DNA of 64,000 nt, from positions 1 through 64,000 of the IMG/VR virus record IMGVR_UViG_3300032291_001823; one strand, given 5' to 3'. Source of the DNA: a virus. The notes under the pieces are model-generated. The model was given only the letters and a program-made list of their open reading frames with translations. It had not been told where the DNA came from and searched no databases. Position 1 is the first letter of the stretch, and each line of letters opens with the position of its first letter. A program made the translations under genes and the position numbers. Shown in pieces: positions 1 through 7,945 of the stretch.

Positions 1-93
1 TGCAATGTGACAGCATTGTTTTACGGTCTTCACGTATAGCGGTATACCGTAGTACTTCAGATATAGTTCCCGTGCTTTGTCAGAAGGTATCAT
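1..93 (-). CDS. hypothetical protein, truncated by window edge (MIPSDKARELYLKYY...)
   Basis: ATG at 93-91 overlaps the stop of the upstream gene (ATGA). The frame is open to the window start. Not in the ORF track. Confidence 0.6.
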   Translation of the reverse strand, partial: MIPSDKARELYLKYYGIPLYVKTVKQCCHIA

Positions 94-422
94 GCGTCTA
101 GTTTTTTTAGTTCTTCATCTAACCTTTCGAGGAACGATTCCTCGCCATCATCTGATGACAGCAGCCAGTCTACCCTGTGTGCATAAATCTGTGCCTTCCT
201 AAGATAGTATACAGCTCTTTTAAACTCTTCTATCACCTCATCAGAATACTTGTAGTGGTATAGCTCTTCTGGGTACTTTTCATACCATTCAGCATCTCTC
301 CAACGCTCTTCTTTAAGCTCTTCTCTTGTCTTAGGCTTACCGCTGTTGCGTATCTCTTGCTCTATCTCATCTGCTATGTAGCCTATCTTGTACTGATCAT
401 AGGAAAATTTCCCACCACTCAT
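90..422 (-). CDS. hypothetical phage protein (MSGG-F-Y-Q...DWLLSSDDGEE type)
   Basis: 110-aa ORF with ATGA overlaps on both sides, in a co-oriented operon. Confidence 0.75.
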   Translation of the reverse strand: MSGGKFSYDQYKIGYIADEIEQEIRNSGKPKTREELKEERWRDAEWYEKYPEELYHYKYSDEVIEEFKRAVYYLRKAQIYAHRVDWLLSSDDGEESFLERLDEELKKLDA

Positions 423-700
423 TTGTTTTCAATTTTAAGTCCACAATATAAATCAAGCCAAGCCATTTGACGTTCAGCTACTTTTGAATAATAGCGATTT
501 TTCTTTTTAATGTGATTGGCACCCCATTCTCTCCATTCCTTGTTTTGAACATCAGTCATGGTGTATTGTGTAAACCATTCATCTGTTCTGCCTTCTACAT
601 CTTCAAACTTAACGTCATGACCTGCTATTTCAAACATCTTGTCAATGAGTTCTTTTAGCAGTTGTTTTTCCTTGTTTACTTTTTGTTCTGCTCGTGTCAT
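419..700 (-). CDS. hypothetical protein
   Basis: 93-aa ORF, TAATG coupling to the upstream gene. Confidence 0.75.
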   Translation of the reverse strand: MTRAEQKVNKEKQLLKELIDKMFEIAGHDVKFEDVEGRTDEWFTQYTMTDVQNKEWREWGANHIKKKNRYYSKVAERQMAWLDLYCGLKIENK

Positions 701-1437
701 TATCTTACTGAGTTTACTTTGAGTTTATTATCCTGACAAACTAAATATTGACCTGTAGTTTCCATTGTATCAATGAAATAATATTTACCACCAGTGAATT
801 GTTTAGACAGTTCTATGCTTAACCTTTTCATCTGTGTATGTCCTACAATTTGTATGTAGTTGTTCTTTAATCCTTTAGAATGCTTCTTGTTTGCACTCAT
901 TAGTGACCTGGGTCTAATCCAAATTGGTGTTTGTGTTGTGTTATCACCTGTAGGTTCAAATCCATTAAAGTCAAATGCTCTTGGTTTGTGTTTAAATAAT
1001 TCGTTCAAATCTTCAACAATTGTTTCTTTTGACCAACCATTCTCACCAAACGCCTCATCCATAAACACAGGACTTACACCTGCGTGTGTAAATAGATATT
1101 TATCAAAACTATACGCCATTTGTAGATGATGTCTATTCTCATCTATCACTTGTTTTATATTTGGAGCTATGCCAGATTGGTAACCACTGGTTCCTGTATA
1201 TCCCACTTCTGGGAAGTAGTGATGATCATGATTACCTATGAGCATCACCACTTCCACTTGTGGATTGTCTTCCTTATACTTGATGATTTCTTTGAAATTA
1301 TGAATTTGTTCTAGCCCAGAGATTTCAAATGAGTCAAAATAGTCTCCAACCATCACGATTTTATCAGGTTTTTCTAGATGTACAATTAATTTCCAAACAC
1401 TACTACCATGCAAATCTCCAATAATTACAGTTTTCAT
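700..1437 (-). CDS. calcineurin-like metallophosphoesterase
   Basis: Motifs GDLHG, GDYFD, GNHD, THAG and GHT in canonical order. Confidence 0.92.
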   Translation of the reverse strand: MKTVIIGDLHGSSVWKLIVHLEKPDKIVMVGDYFDSFEISGLEQIHNFKEIIKYKEDNPQVEVVMLIGNHDHHYFPEVGYTGTSGYQSGIAPNIKQVIDENRHHLQMAYSFDKYLFTHAGVSPVFMDEAFGENGWSKETIVEDLNELFKHKPRAFDFNGFEPTGDNTTQTPIWIRPRSLMSANKKHSKGLKNNYIQIVGHTQMKRLSIELSKQFTGGKYYFIDTMETTGQYLVCQDNKLKVNSVR

Positions 1438-2051
1438 TTTCTTTTATATTTTTGTATTTTTAATGAATAGTTTTCAGAATAATATTTCCATTGAAAACCT
1501 TTTGCCATCTTTCTTCTATTTTTTAAACAACCTGAAATAAGATTTTTATTTATATTTAACTCTTTAGATGCATTTATTATTCCTTTCCATTCTTTAATAA
1601 AGTTTCCTTCTAAATCGTACTGAAGAATACGTTTCCAATTTCCTTCGGCTTGTTTAGGTTCCCATATTTTTCCTTTTAAAAATTGTCCACTGTTAGGTTT
1701 TTTAGATGAGTTTTTAATTTTTTCTATTGTTTCCTTTGAATGTTTATATCCTTTTGGTAAACCTTCACCTCCTTCTAAAAGATTAGTTAATTTATTTCCT
1801 TGATTTTTATAAAAGGAAATCCAATATTTTTCTCTTTCTTGCCAATTTTCTTCTGTACATATCTCAATAATACTTATGCAAGGTTTTAATCCTAATTTGT
1901 TAAGTGATAATATCCAATTAGTTTTATAAGTTTTATGTTTATCTTTATAATGTCCAGACAATCTTTTATAAAGTTCATTTTTAGTTTTTCCAATATATCT
2001 GATTTCGCCTGTTATAGGGTCAGATAATGCATATATTATAGGAGTTTTCAT
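1434..2051 (-). mobile_element. free-standing GIY-YIG homing endonuclease with NUMOD3- and NUMOD1/IENR1-like DNA-binding modules
   Basis: IIYAL...RYIGKT...RLSGH...EKYWI...LTN catalytic domain; KGYKHSKETIEKIK (NUMOD3-like); ILQYDLEGNFIKEW...GFQWKY (NUMOD1-like). More AT-rich than its neighbours. Likely start is ATG 2051 (the track uses TTG 2057). Confidence 0.9.
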
Positions 2052-2121
2052 GCTCAAATATACAAAAGAACTCCTATAAATATTACTTTATTGTATTATT
2101 AAATCGTTAAGTGTTTTCATG

Positions 2122-2274
2122 TTAATTTACAATTTTCACAAAGTTATGAATATAATCATCTTTAAACGTGTTGCACCTCTGACATTTACAATTCATTCTT
2201 AATCCATAGGAATAAATCATAAACCATTTGTGACCGAATAGCTTGCATCTGAAGGAATTAATAAACTTTTTCAT
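2122..2274 (-). CDS. small Zn-binding-type protein, DUF1660-like (CKLFGHKW...CQRC)
   Basis: Manually translated 50 aa: MKKFINSFRCKLFGHKWFMIYSYGLRMNCKCQRCNTFKDDYIHNFVKIVN. Below the track cutoff. Confidence 0.75.
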   Translation of the reverse strand: MKKFINSFRCKLFGHKWFMIYSYGLRMNCKCQRCNTFKDDYIHNFVKIVN

Positions 2275-2671
2275 TTGACTGGTGGGTTTTGGTTATTTTT
2301 TTCTCATCTATTCCAAGAACACCTAGTATTTTCATAATCTTCTGCCTAAATGTGTAATTGAATTCAAAAAGGTCGTCAAACGTCTCTCTTGAATAAATCA
2401 CTACAGAATGATCATAATTAACTATTTCAGAAGCTACCTCTGTGTTTGACCTGTTTAAGATCTCGACGCACAATTTACAATATATTTTCTTAGGTTCTAC
2501 ATACTTTCTTTTTCTTGATTTTGTCAGAAGGAAGTTTTCAGAATCTTGATATTGTGTAAGGATTGCATCAATGACATCTTTTGAGGTGAGCATTCTATCA
2601 TTTTTTACATACTCCTTAGGAAGTAAATAATGTTTTAGTAGAGGGTAGATGTATGGTGATATTTTTTTCAT
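2258..2671 (-). CDS. DnaA C-terminal (domain IV)-like helix-turn-helix protein
   Basis: KSRKRKYVEPKKIYCKL...EVASEIVNYDHSVVIYS resembles the DnaA domain IV signature SRxR..V..R..AMYL...IG...RDHSTV. Confidence 0.65.
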   Translation of the reverse strand: MKKISPYIYPLLKHYLLPKEYVKNDRMLTSKDVIDAILTQYQDSENFLLTKSRKRKYVEPKKIYCKLCVEILNRSNTEVASEIVNYDHSVVIYSRETFDDLFEFNYTFRQKIMKILGVLGIDEKKITKTHQSNEKVY

Positions 2672-2674
2672 TTG

Positions 2675-2785
2675 CTATTTTTTATAGAATCTCCCTGTTT
2701 GTTCGTCATACAAAGGAGCTGTGTAGAAGCTCCAAGCTAGAAAAATAAAAGACAAGAGCATTAAAATAATAAGGATTTTCAACAT
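2675..2785 (-). CDS. small single-TM protein (36 aa)
   Basis: MLKILIILMLLSFIFLAWSFYTAPLYDEQTGRFYKK, with A-rich leader TTTAAAATCAATCAATT-ATG. Confidence 0.6.
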   Translation of the reverse strand: MLKILIILMLLSFIFLAWSFYTAPLYDEQTGRFYKK

Positions 2786-2810
2786 AATTGATTGATTTTA
2801 AATTGATTAT

Positions 2811-2846
2811 AAAAATGCGTAGAGGATTTCTCCCCTACGCATATTT
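2811..2846 (-). terminator. stem-loop / intrinsic terminator
   Basis: atgcgtag-agga-tttc-tccc-ctacgcat, with an A-run on the left that gives a U-tract on the minus strand. Confidence 0.6.
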
Positions 2847-2849
2847 GCA

Positions 2850-3068
2850 CTAAAAGGAATGATGCAGTCTAATGACCATCTTTCTATTTCCATTAGATGG
2901 AATATAGGAGAATCTTTTCCTTTTTACCACTAGCACTCCCTTTCTTGCCTTGTTGGCAGAAATGATAGAATCTATTAACTTACTGGCTAGGAAGTAGTCT
3001 GACATATCCTTGGTGTAGGATAATGGTTGCAAACTTACTTTTTTTGATGAATAGACTAGTGTAGGCAT
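2850..3068 (-). CDS. hypothetical basic protein
   Basis: 72-aa ORF with leader AACCAAAATCCATAAAT-ATG. Confidence 0.6.
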   Translation of the reverse strand: MPTLVYSSKKVSLQPLSYTKDMSDYFLASKLIDSIISANKARKGVLVVKRKRFSYIPSNGNRKMVIRLHHSF

Positions 3069-3086
3069 ATTTATGGATTTTGGTTA

Positions 3087-3239
3087 CTATTGATTAGCTT
3101 GAACCTTATAGTAGTTAGAAATGTGTATTAGTCTTTCAACTAATTGTTCATCACTTTCTTTTGCTATAACTACAAGATCCTCATATTGAAGCTCATCACC
3201 AGAAAGCTCCAATATTGTGTCAATTAGATGTTCTCTCAT
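3087..3239 (-). CDS. small acidic hypothetical protein (50 aa)
   Basis: MREHLIDTILELSGDELQYEDLVVIAKESDEQLVERLIHISNYYKVQANQ; starts 1 nt after the upstream stop. Confidence 0.65.
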   Translation of the reverse strand: MREHLIDTILELSGDELQYEDLVVIAKESDEQLVERLIHISNYYKVQANQ

Positions 3240-3240
3240 A

Positions 3241-4029
3241 TTATTTCATTGTTTTGAACTTCTCTACCAACCTTCCTTTTGCATTAATAGCAAGACTTAT
3301 ACAGTCTTTATTTCTTCTTAGCTTCTCAATAAAGGTTTTATGATTATAGTCTGTTCCTTCTTCTTTTACATACTTTATATACTCACTGCAGAAATACCTA
3401 TTCTCATAACGGCTCATTTTCATAACAACATTGAGAGCATCTTTAAGATATTCCATAAGAACGATTGCTCTTTGTTTGTTCTTTATAACAAAGTTGCCTG
3501 TTTTGATGAGTTTAGTTACATGTGCACCACTAGCAACTGTATTACCTGAGAAAACTGCTCCAATTATGCTAGCTTCTACATCGCTATATTTTCCAATATA
3601 ACTATTGAGCTCTTTGTAGTCATCTTTAAGATAAGACCAAGCGTCAATGTAATTGGTAAGAATCCAACTCTTAGAAGAATTGTTCAACATAGCAATAGTT
3701 TCTATTAATTCCTGTTGAGTTGCTATTTTAATAGTGATATAAGGAATATCAAAACCAAGTCTTTCAAGAGCTCTAAACATGTGCTGCCCATCAGCAACAT
3801 AAAGTTCAGGTTTACCAGTAAAGAATGCAACTTCTACTACAATTGCAGGTCTAACAACACTCAATTTCTTAACAGACTCATTAATAACATCAACATGCTT
3901 TGTATTCACACTTCTATTCATTAACCCTGGAAGAAAATGAATTTTTTTCTTTGATTTAGAACTGTACCATTTAAGATTGTTAAGAGCAAGTTTGTAAGAT
4001 TGATCTAAACGAAAATTGATTTTTTTCAT
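3241..4029 (-). CDS. ParB/Srx-like (DGQH) domain protein
   Basis: NRSVNTKHV...RPAIVV...LYVADGQHMFRAL...LNNSSKSW pattern. Confidence 0.7.
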   Translation of the reverse strand: MKKINFRLDQSYKLALNNLKWYSSKSKKKIHFLPGLMNRSVNTKHVDVINESVKKLSVVRPAIVVEVAFFTGKPELYVADGQHMFRALERLGFDIPYITIKIATQQELIETIAMLNNSSKSWILTNYIDAWSYLKDDYKELNSYIGKYSDVEASIIGAVFSGNTVASGAHVTKLIKTGNFVIKNKQRAIVLMEYLKDALNVVMKMSRYENRYFCSEYIKYVKEEGTDYNHKTFIEKLRRNKDCISLAINAKGRLVEKFKTMK

Positions 4030-4046
4030 AATAATTGATTTCTAGT

Positions 4047-4880
4047 TTAAAAATTGGTTTCTAACTCTTTTTTTGCTTTCCTTGTATATCCTTCTTTTTT
4101 AAAGTCTTTAATCCAAATAAGTTTACGTCCCACTCTACCTTCTCCATGAGCTTGTAGTCTAAAATGACCTCTCACTTTAAAAGCTTCTGACTTAATAAAC
4201 TCTGTAAACCAAGTTGAGTCCATGATTTCTATTTGATGGTCGTTATCATTATGATATCTACATTTAAACAGTTCGACTTTTATTTTTGGCTGCAAAACTT
4301 TTACTTTTACATCTGCATATTTTCTGAAAAGTTCAAATGCTATTACAATTGTGTAATAAAATTCACAGACTTTTGAACTTAAACTGGCATCATCAACAGA
4401 AACATTATTAATAGAAGTGGTAATAGCCTCCATTCTAGATTTTTGTAAAGGATTTATAAAACTATTAGCTTTAAATCCTGAAACTTGTACAGTGTAAAAT
4501 AGTAATGTTGTGTTTTTATCAAAAGCTGCTATACAAAAGTCATAATCAAGAGCTTCTGGACGTTTTGTAAACCTATAATATATCACCTCGTTCATTAATA
4601 AAACTCCTGTATGAGAATCTTTACAGTCCAAAGATGTCCAGATTTTTTTATCCATTAACTTAGGTACAGCATTCATAAAAGCCTCATCAAATGAATTAGT
4701 CATCTTTCTGATAACTATAGGAGCATCATCTAGATTCATTACATCATTGATTCTTTTCTTTAAAACTGTAATAAGTTCCTCTTTTTTAGGAACATTTGCA
4801 AGAATTATATCAGCATATTCAGGAATACATCTTTTCTTGATCCAATTAATGACTGGTATTCTATTAATTTTTTGTTTCAT
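4047..4880 (-). CDS. hypothetical phage protein with C-terminal VRGHFR motif
   Basis: FKVRGHFRLQAHGEG...KLIWIKDFKK C-terminal motif, typical of an uncharacterised phage family. Confidence 0.7.
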   Translation of the reverse strand: MKQKINRIPVINWIKKRCIPEYADIILANVPKKEELITVLKKRINDVMNLDDAPIVIRKMTNSFDEAFMNAVPKLMDKKIWTSLDCKDSHTGVLLMNEVIYYRFTKRPEALDYDFCIAAFDKNTTLLFYTVQVSGFKANSFINPLQKSRMEAITTSINNVSVDDASLSSKVCEFYYTIVIAFELFRKYADVKVKVLQPKIKVELFKCRYHNDNDHQIEIMDSTWFTEFIKSEAFKVRGHFRLQAHGEGRVGRKLIWIKDFKKEGYTRKAKKELETNF

Positions 4881-4901
4881 GGTTTTAATGTTTAAATAAA
4901 T

Positions 4902-4934
4902 AAAAAAGCCCCCAACAAATTAATGTTGAGGGCT
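4902..4934 (-). terminator. intrinsic terminator
   Basis: Minus strand AGCCCTCAACA-loop-TGTTGGGGGCT followed by TTTTT. Confidence 0.75.
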
Positions 4935-4954
4935 CTATTCACCATATAAAAACC

Positions 4955-5116
4955 CTAACCAAAATGTCTATTGATGTAAGCAGAAGAAACATTGAACTGT
5001 AAACACCACTCATTAAATGATGGTTGTTTTACAACATTCACTGTTCTTGTTCCTGGCTTGAAAGGTTCACCTTTTTTATCAATTGTGAACCCAAGTAGTT
5101 TTTTAATCTTTTTCAT
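4955..5116 (-). CDS. small hypothetical protein (53 aa)
   Basis: MKKIKKLLGFTIDKKGEPFKPGTRTVNVVKQPSFNEWCLQFNVSSAYINRHFG; fills the gap in the operon. Confidence 0.6.
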   Translation of the reverse strand: MKKIKKLLGFTIDKKGEPFKPGTRTVNVVKQPSFNEWCLQFNVSSAYINRHFG

Positions 5117-5119
5117 TGT

Positions 5120-5629
5120 TTAGTAATTTTCATCATTACGAGATTCATCTATTATCCATCTTTCTTCATCACTTTCAGTGTATTCGTCATCATAATCATC
5201 GTCTTCAACAAATTCTTCCTCTGTAGGATATCTGATTATGATTTTTCCTTCGTAGAGCAAAGGAGAGATGGAATCTTCATCATTTGGGTCTATTTCCAGC
5301 TCTATTTCACTTTCATAATCCTGTATAATGGTGTTGTAATGCTTTACAGTTATATCAAGAATGTAATCAGAACTTTCTCCTTCATCAAACCATGCTATTT
5401 CTTCTGGTCCTGCTAGAATGTATTCCTCATTCAAATTAGGATTGCCGTAATAGATGATGTATGGTTCAACAGGATAGCCATTTTGAAAAACATACTCTTC
5501 TTCATCAAAAGGAACATTATCAAGACTTCTAATGTAAGGAACGTCTCTTATCCAACTTAGAAATAACATGCCTTTCTCTAATCGCATAGGCATATAACTT
5601 TTGAAAACTAATGATGCTTTCTCGTACAT
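5120..5629 (-). CDS. acidic hypothetical protein
   Basis: 169-aa ORF, very D/E-rich C-terminus. Confidence 0.75.
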   Translation of the reverse strand: MYEKASLVFKSYMPMRLEKGMLFLSWIRDVPYIRSLDNVPFDEEEYVFQNGYPVEPYIIYYGNPNLNEEYILAGPEEIAWFDEGESSDYILDITVKHYNTIIQDYESEIELEIDPNDEDSISPLLYEGKIIIRYPTEEEFVEDDDYDDEYTESDEERWIIDESRNDENY

Positions 5630-5631
5630 AA

Positions 5632-6198
5632 TTAAAATGAGTTTAATGTTATTGCGTCTAATTCTTCTTTTAGCTTCTCTACTAATTGGTTGTTCTCATA
5701 GCTAATCTCAACAAACTTACCTTTGTTAATCGCTACAGATAGATTGAGATTGTTCTTTTCAAACCAAAACTTATTGTATAGACATTTTTCAAGGGAAATA
5801 GCACTAAGCTCATACCCATCTCCATTCTCATAAGGAGATATGAAAAACTCATAAGAATCATCAGGTTCTCCAAGTTTCTCCTCCATAAGAGATGTGAATT
5901 TGTTATACATAGTTTTTAAAGACAACCAACTGTCTTGCTTTGGCAGTTGTACAACAGCTTTACAGAAAAGCTTTGTAGTTGGTGTGCTAACTAATAACAG
6001 CTTTACAGCATTACCAGCTACAGTTCCTTTCATTTGTACAACATTAGCCTCAGCTTTTACAAACACATAGCCTTTCTGCCTATATTTCATAATGGCACCA
6101 TTAATAGGACCACTAATAGAAACACCATCAAAGCTTTGTGCATTTGTCAAATTAGAATAAATAAACAACATCAAGGCAATAAATAAACATTTTTTCAT
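5632..6198 (-). CDS. secreted/periplasmic protein with Sec signal peptide
   Basis: Start moved to ATG 6198: MKKCLFIALMLFIYSNLTNA|QSFDG, a cleavage before Gln typical of Bacteroidota. The track's longer start overlaps the tRNA-like gene. Confidence 0.75.
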   Translation of the reverse strand: MKKCLFIALMLFIYSNLTNAQSFDGVSISGPINGAIMKYRQKGYVFVKAEANVVQMKGTVAGNAVKLLLVSTPTTKLFCKAVVQLPKQDSWLSLKTMYNKFTSLMEEKLGEPDDSYEFFISPYENGDGYELSAISLEKCLYNKFWFEKNNLNLSVAINKGKFVEISYENNQLVEKLKEELDAITLNSF

Positions 6199-6226
6199 GA
6201 TCTGGTTTTTTGGTTTTAAATATGAG

Positions 6227-6320
6227 CAGTCAGGACAGGATTCGAACCTGTATGATAACACGCCCTATTAATTAACGGTTGTTATCTACGTATAGCGTCT
6301 ACCAATTTCGCCACCTGACT
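6227..6320 (-). tRNA. atypical tRNA-like RNA (no canonical anticodon arm; identity undetermined)
   Basis: Acceptor stem AGTCAGG/CCTGACT, D-arm GCG-AAATTGGTAGA-CGC, T-arm ACAGG-TTCGAAT-CCTGT. The central ~43 nt form one long hairpin (GATAACA/TGTTATC). CCA is not encoded. Confidence 0.75.
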
Positions 6321-6324
6321 ATTT

Positions 6325-6468
6325 GCAACTTCTGGAGAGTTGCCACCCACCTGCAAACTTTTTCAATTTGAATATAGGCACCATTATGCCTTAGTAGGAA
6401 TTGAGTCATCAAGTTTGCTATGTCTATCCCAACCCAAGTGCGTGGGTTCAAGGGTCAAACTCCTACTT
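6325..6468 (-). ncRNA. candidate structured ncRNA (multi-stem, possible pseudoknot)
   Basis: Several complementary pairs of 5-8+ bp in 145 intergenic nt: AGTAGGA/TCCTACT, AACCCA/TGGGTT, GCAAACTT/AAGTTTGC, AGGCA/TGCCT, GCAACT/AGTTGC. Confidence 0.55.
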
Positions 6469-6478
6469 TGTGATTATG

Positions 6479-7075
6479 TCAATACTTCCTAAGCTCATCA
6501 ATTCCAAAATCAAGTTTTGGAGCTTGTGATGCCTCAAGAAGAGATTTTGAGAACATGTCTACATCCTCAAGAGCCAATTCAAGCTCATATTTGAGCTTTT
6601 TAAGGGCTTTTGTAGCATTATCCTTCACTCTTGCAATAGCTTTTTGCTCAAGCTGTTCAAATGGGAGCAATTCTGCACCCCATCTTGCAATAAGATGAAT
6701 ATCAGCTCTCCATTCAGATTCTGCTTTTGTAAAGCCAATAACAAATGGATCTGGACTCTTATCATCATAACAAATATGAATCATAGAATACCAACCATTC
6801 TCTTCAGCTTTCTGAATTTCCTTCAGAACATCCAAAGGAATTGTAGAAGCACTGTATTCCTTGTATTTAACCTGAACAGGACACAAGGTTTTGATAATAC
6901 GTGATGTCTTTGGATCTACATACATATAAGGAGGAGCTTTCTTCTCCTCACTCTTATCTGCATGTTTCAATTGTGCATCCAATCCAAGTTTGGATGCAAT
7001 TTCAAACCATTCTTGAGCGTGTTCTGCTTGCTCTAAGTCTTGGAGTTCTGGTTCGATGAAGATTTCTGTAGCCAT
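6479..7075 (-). CDS. conserved hypothetical phage protein (IPLDVL...PDPFVIG...IARWG)
   Basis: 198-aa ORF with TTAAACCAAAAAACCCCCAAAT-ATG leader. Confidence 0.8.
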   Translation of the reverse strand: MATEIFIEPELQDLEQAEHAQEWFEIASKLGLDAQLKHADKSEEKKAPPYMYVDPKTSRIIKTLCPVQVKYKEYSASTIPLDVLKEIQKAEENGWYSMIHICYDDKSPDPFVIGFTKAESEWRADIHLIARWGAELLPFEQLEQKAIARVKDNATKALKKLKYELELALEDVDMFSKSLLEASQAPKLDFGIDELRKY

Positions 7076-7093
7076 ATTTGGGGGTTTTTTGGT

Positions 7094-7231
7094 TTAATAG
7101 CCTAATTCATCAAGGTCATCAATATTAGCAGTTATATGTACAAATCCTCCTTTTACATAAAGATCAAAGAAGAATGTAGCAAGCTGCTTAAATGAATGAA
7201 ACTCTTGAATTGTTAATGTTACGGTTTTCAT
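7094..7231 (-). CDS. small hypothetical protein (45 aa)
   Basis: MKTVTLTIQEFHSFKQLATFFFDLYVKGGFVHITANIDDLDELGY. Confidence 0.6.
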   Translation of the reverse strand: MKTVTLTIQEFHSFKQLATFFFDLYVKGGFVHITANIDDLDELGY

Positions 7232-7248
7232 GATATTAATTTAAATGG

Positions 7249-7347
7249 TTAGAATTCTTTTGAAACGAGAATTAATTGGATGATGAGAGCTAGAAATGTC
7301 CAGATGAGAATTAGAATAGCTACGAGGATTTTTATCTTTTCTTTCAT
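7249..7347 (-). CDS. small single-TM protein (32 aa)
   Basis: MKEKIKILVAILILIWTFLALIIQLILVSKEF; ATGA overlap with the upstream gene. Confidence 0.55.
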   Translation of the reverse strand: MKEKIKILVAILILIWTFLALIIQLILVSKEF

Positions 7348-7685
7348 TTTTTCTTCTTTACATAAGGACGAATCGATTCTAATGCTATATTATTGCTGCG
7401 CCTACTTATAGGAGACACCTTGTATTTTATATTATTCCTGTCAAGAATATCCTTTACTAAAGGAAGTTCTTTATCAGTGTGTAATATAGCTTCAGATATG
7501 CTTGAATGTCTGAGAATTTCATAATCCTTCATAAGAGGAGAAAGGATTCCCACATAATGACGTATAACTTTCACTACAGAGATTTTAACACATATTCCTT
7601 TCTCATCCTTAACATACTTACCCTTATCATCTCTCATTCTTTCTTCTACAGTCTTTTTCTCTTCTACAATAAATGCGTATGTCAT
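7344..7685 (-). CDS. hypothetical basic protein
   Basis: 113-aa ORF, ATGA-coupled on both sides. Confidence 0.7.
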   Translation of the reverse strand: MTYAFIVEEKKTVEERMRDDKGKYVKDEKGICVKISVVKVIRHYVGILSPLMKDYEILRHSSISEAILHTDKELPLVKDILDRNNIKYKVSPISRRSNNIALESIRPYVKKKK

Positions 7686-7861
7686 ATTTGTTCCTCTTTA
7701 TATGTGATGTAATAAAGTGCGCTTGTTCCATATCCAGCAAGTGATATGCAAGATATAAACAATAAATTAAGCAAACTAGGCTCGAGATAACAAAATGCAA
7801 GAAAAATAATAATGGATGTCAACATCACCATTAAAATGCTGATAATCAATAACTTGTTCAT
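7682..7861 (-). CDS. small two-TM membrane protein (59 aa)
   Basis: MNKLLIISILMVMLTSIIIFLAFCYLEPSLLNLLFISCISLAGYGTSALYYITYKEEQI; leader TTTAAAACCAAAACC-ATG. Confidence 0.65.
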   Translation of the reverse strand: MNKLLIISILMVMLTSIIIFLAFCYLEPSLLNLLFISCISLAGYGTSALYYITYKEEQI

Positions 7862-7886
7862 GGTTTTGGTTTTAAATGAATGAAAT

Positions 7887-7919
7887 AAAAAAGAGGCCCT
7901 AATGTAGACACATTGAGCC
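7887..7919 (-). terminator. putative intrinsic terminator
   Basis: Minus strand GGCTCAATGTG-TCT-ACATTAGGGCC followed by TCTTTTTT. Confidence 0.55.
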
Positions 7920-7945
7920 GTACTAACCTTTGAAAAACACCTATT

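Noticed and set aside
1434-2120. Group I intron around the GIY-YIG gene
   Set aside because: The endonuclease stop overlaps the next ATG, leaving no room for an intron core, and the phosphoesterase is complete by itself.
6350-6420. Hammerhead ribozyme (UUGAUGA...GAAA on minus strand) or tRNA-associated theta ribozyme
   Set aside because: The core is UUGAUGA rather than CUGAUGA, no stem III or cleavage triplet can be built, and the tRNA 3' trailer is short and unstructured.
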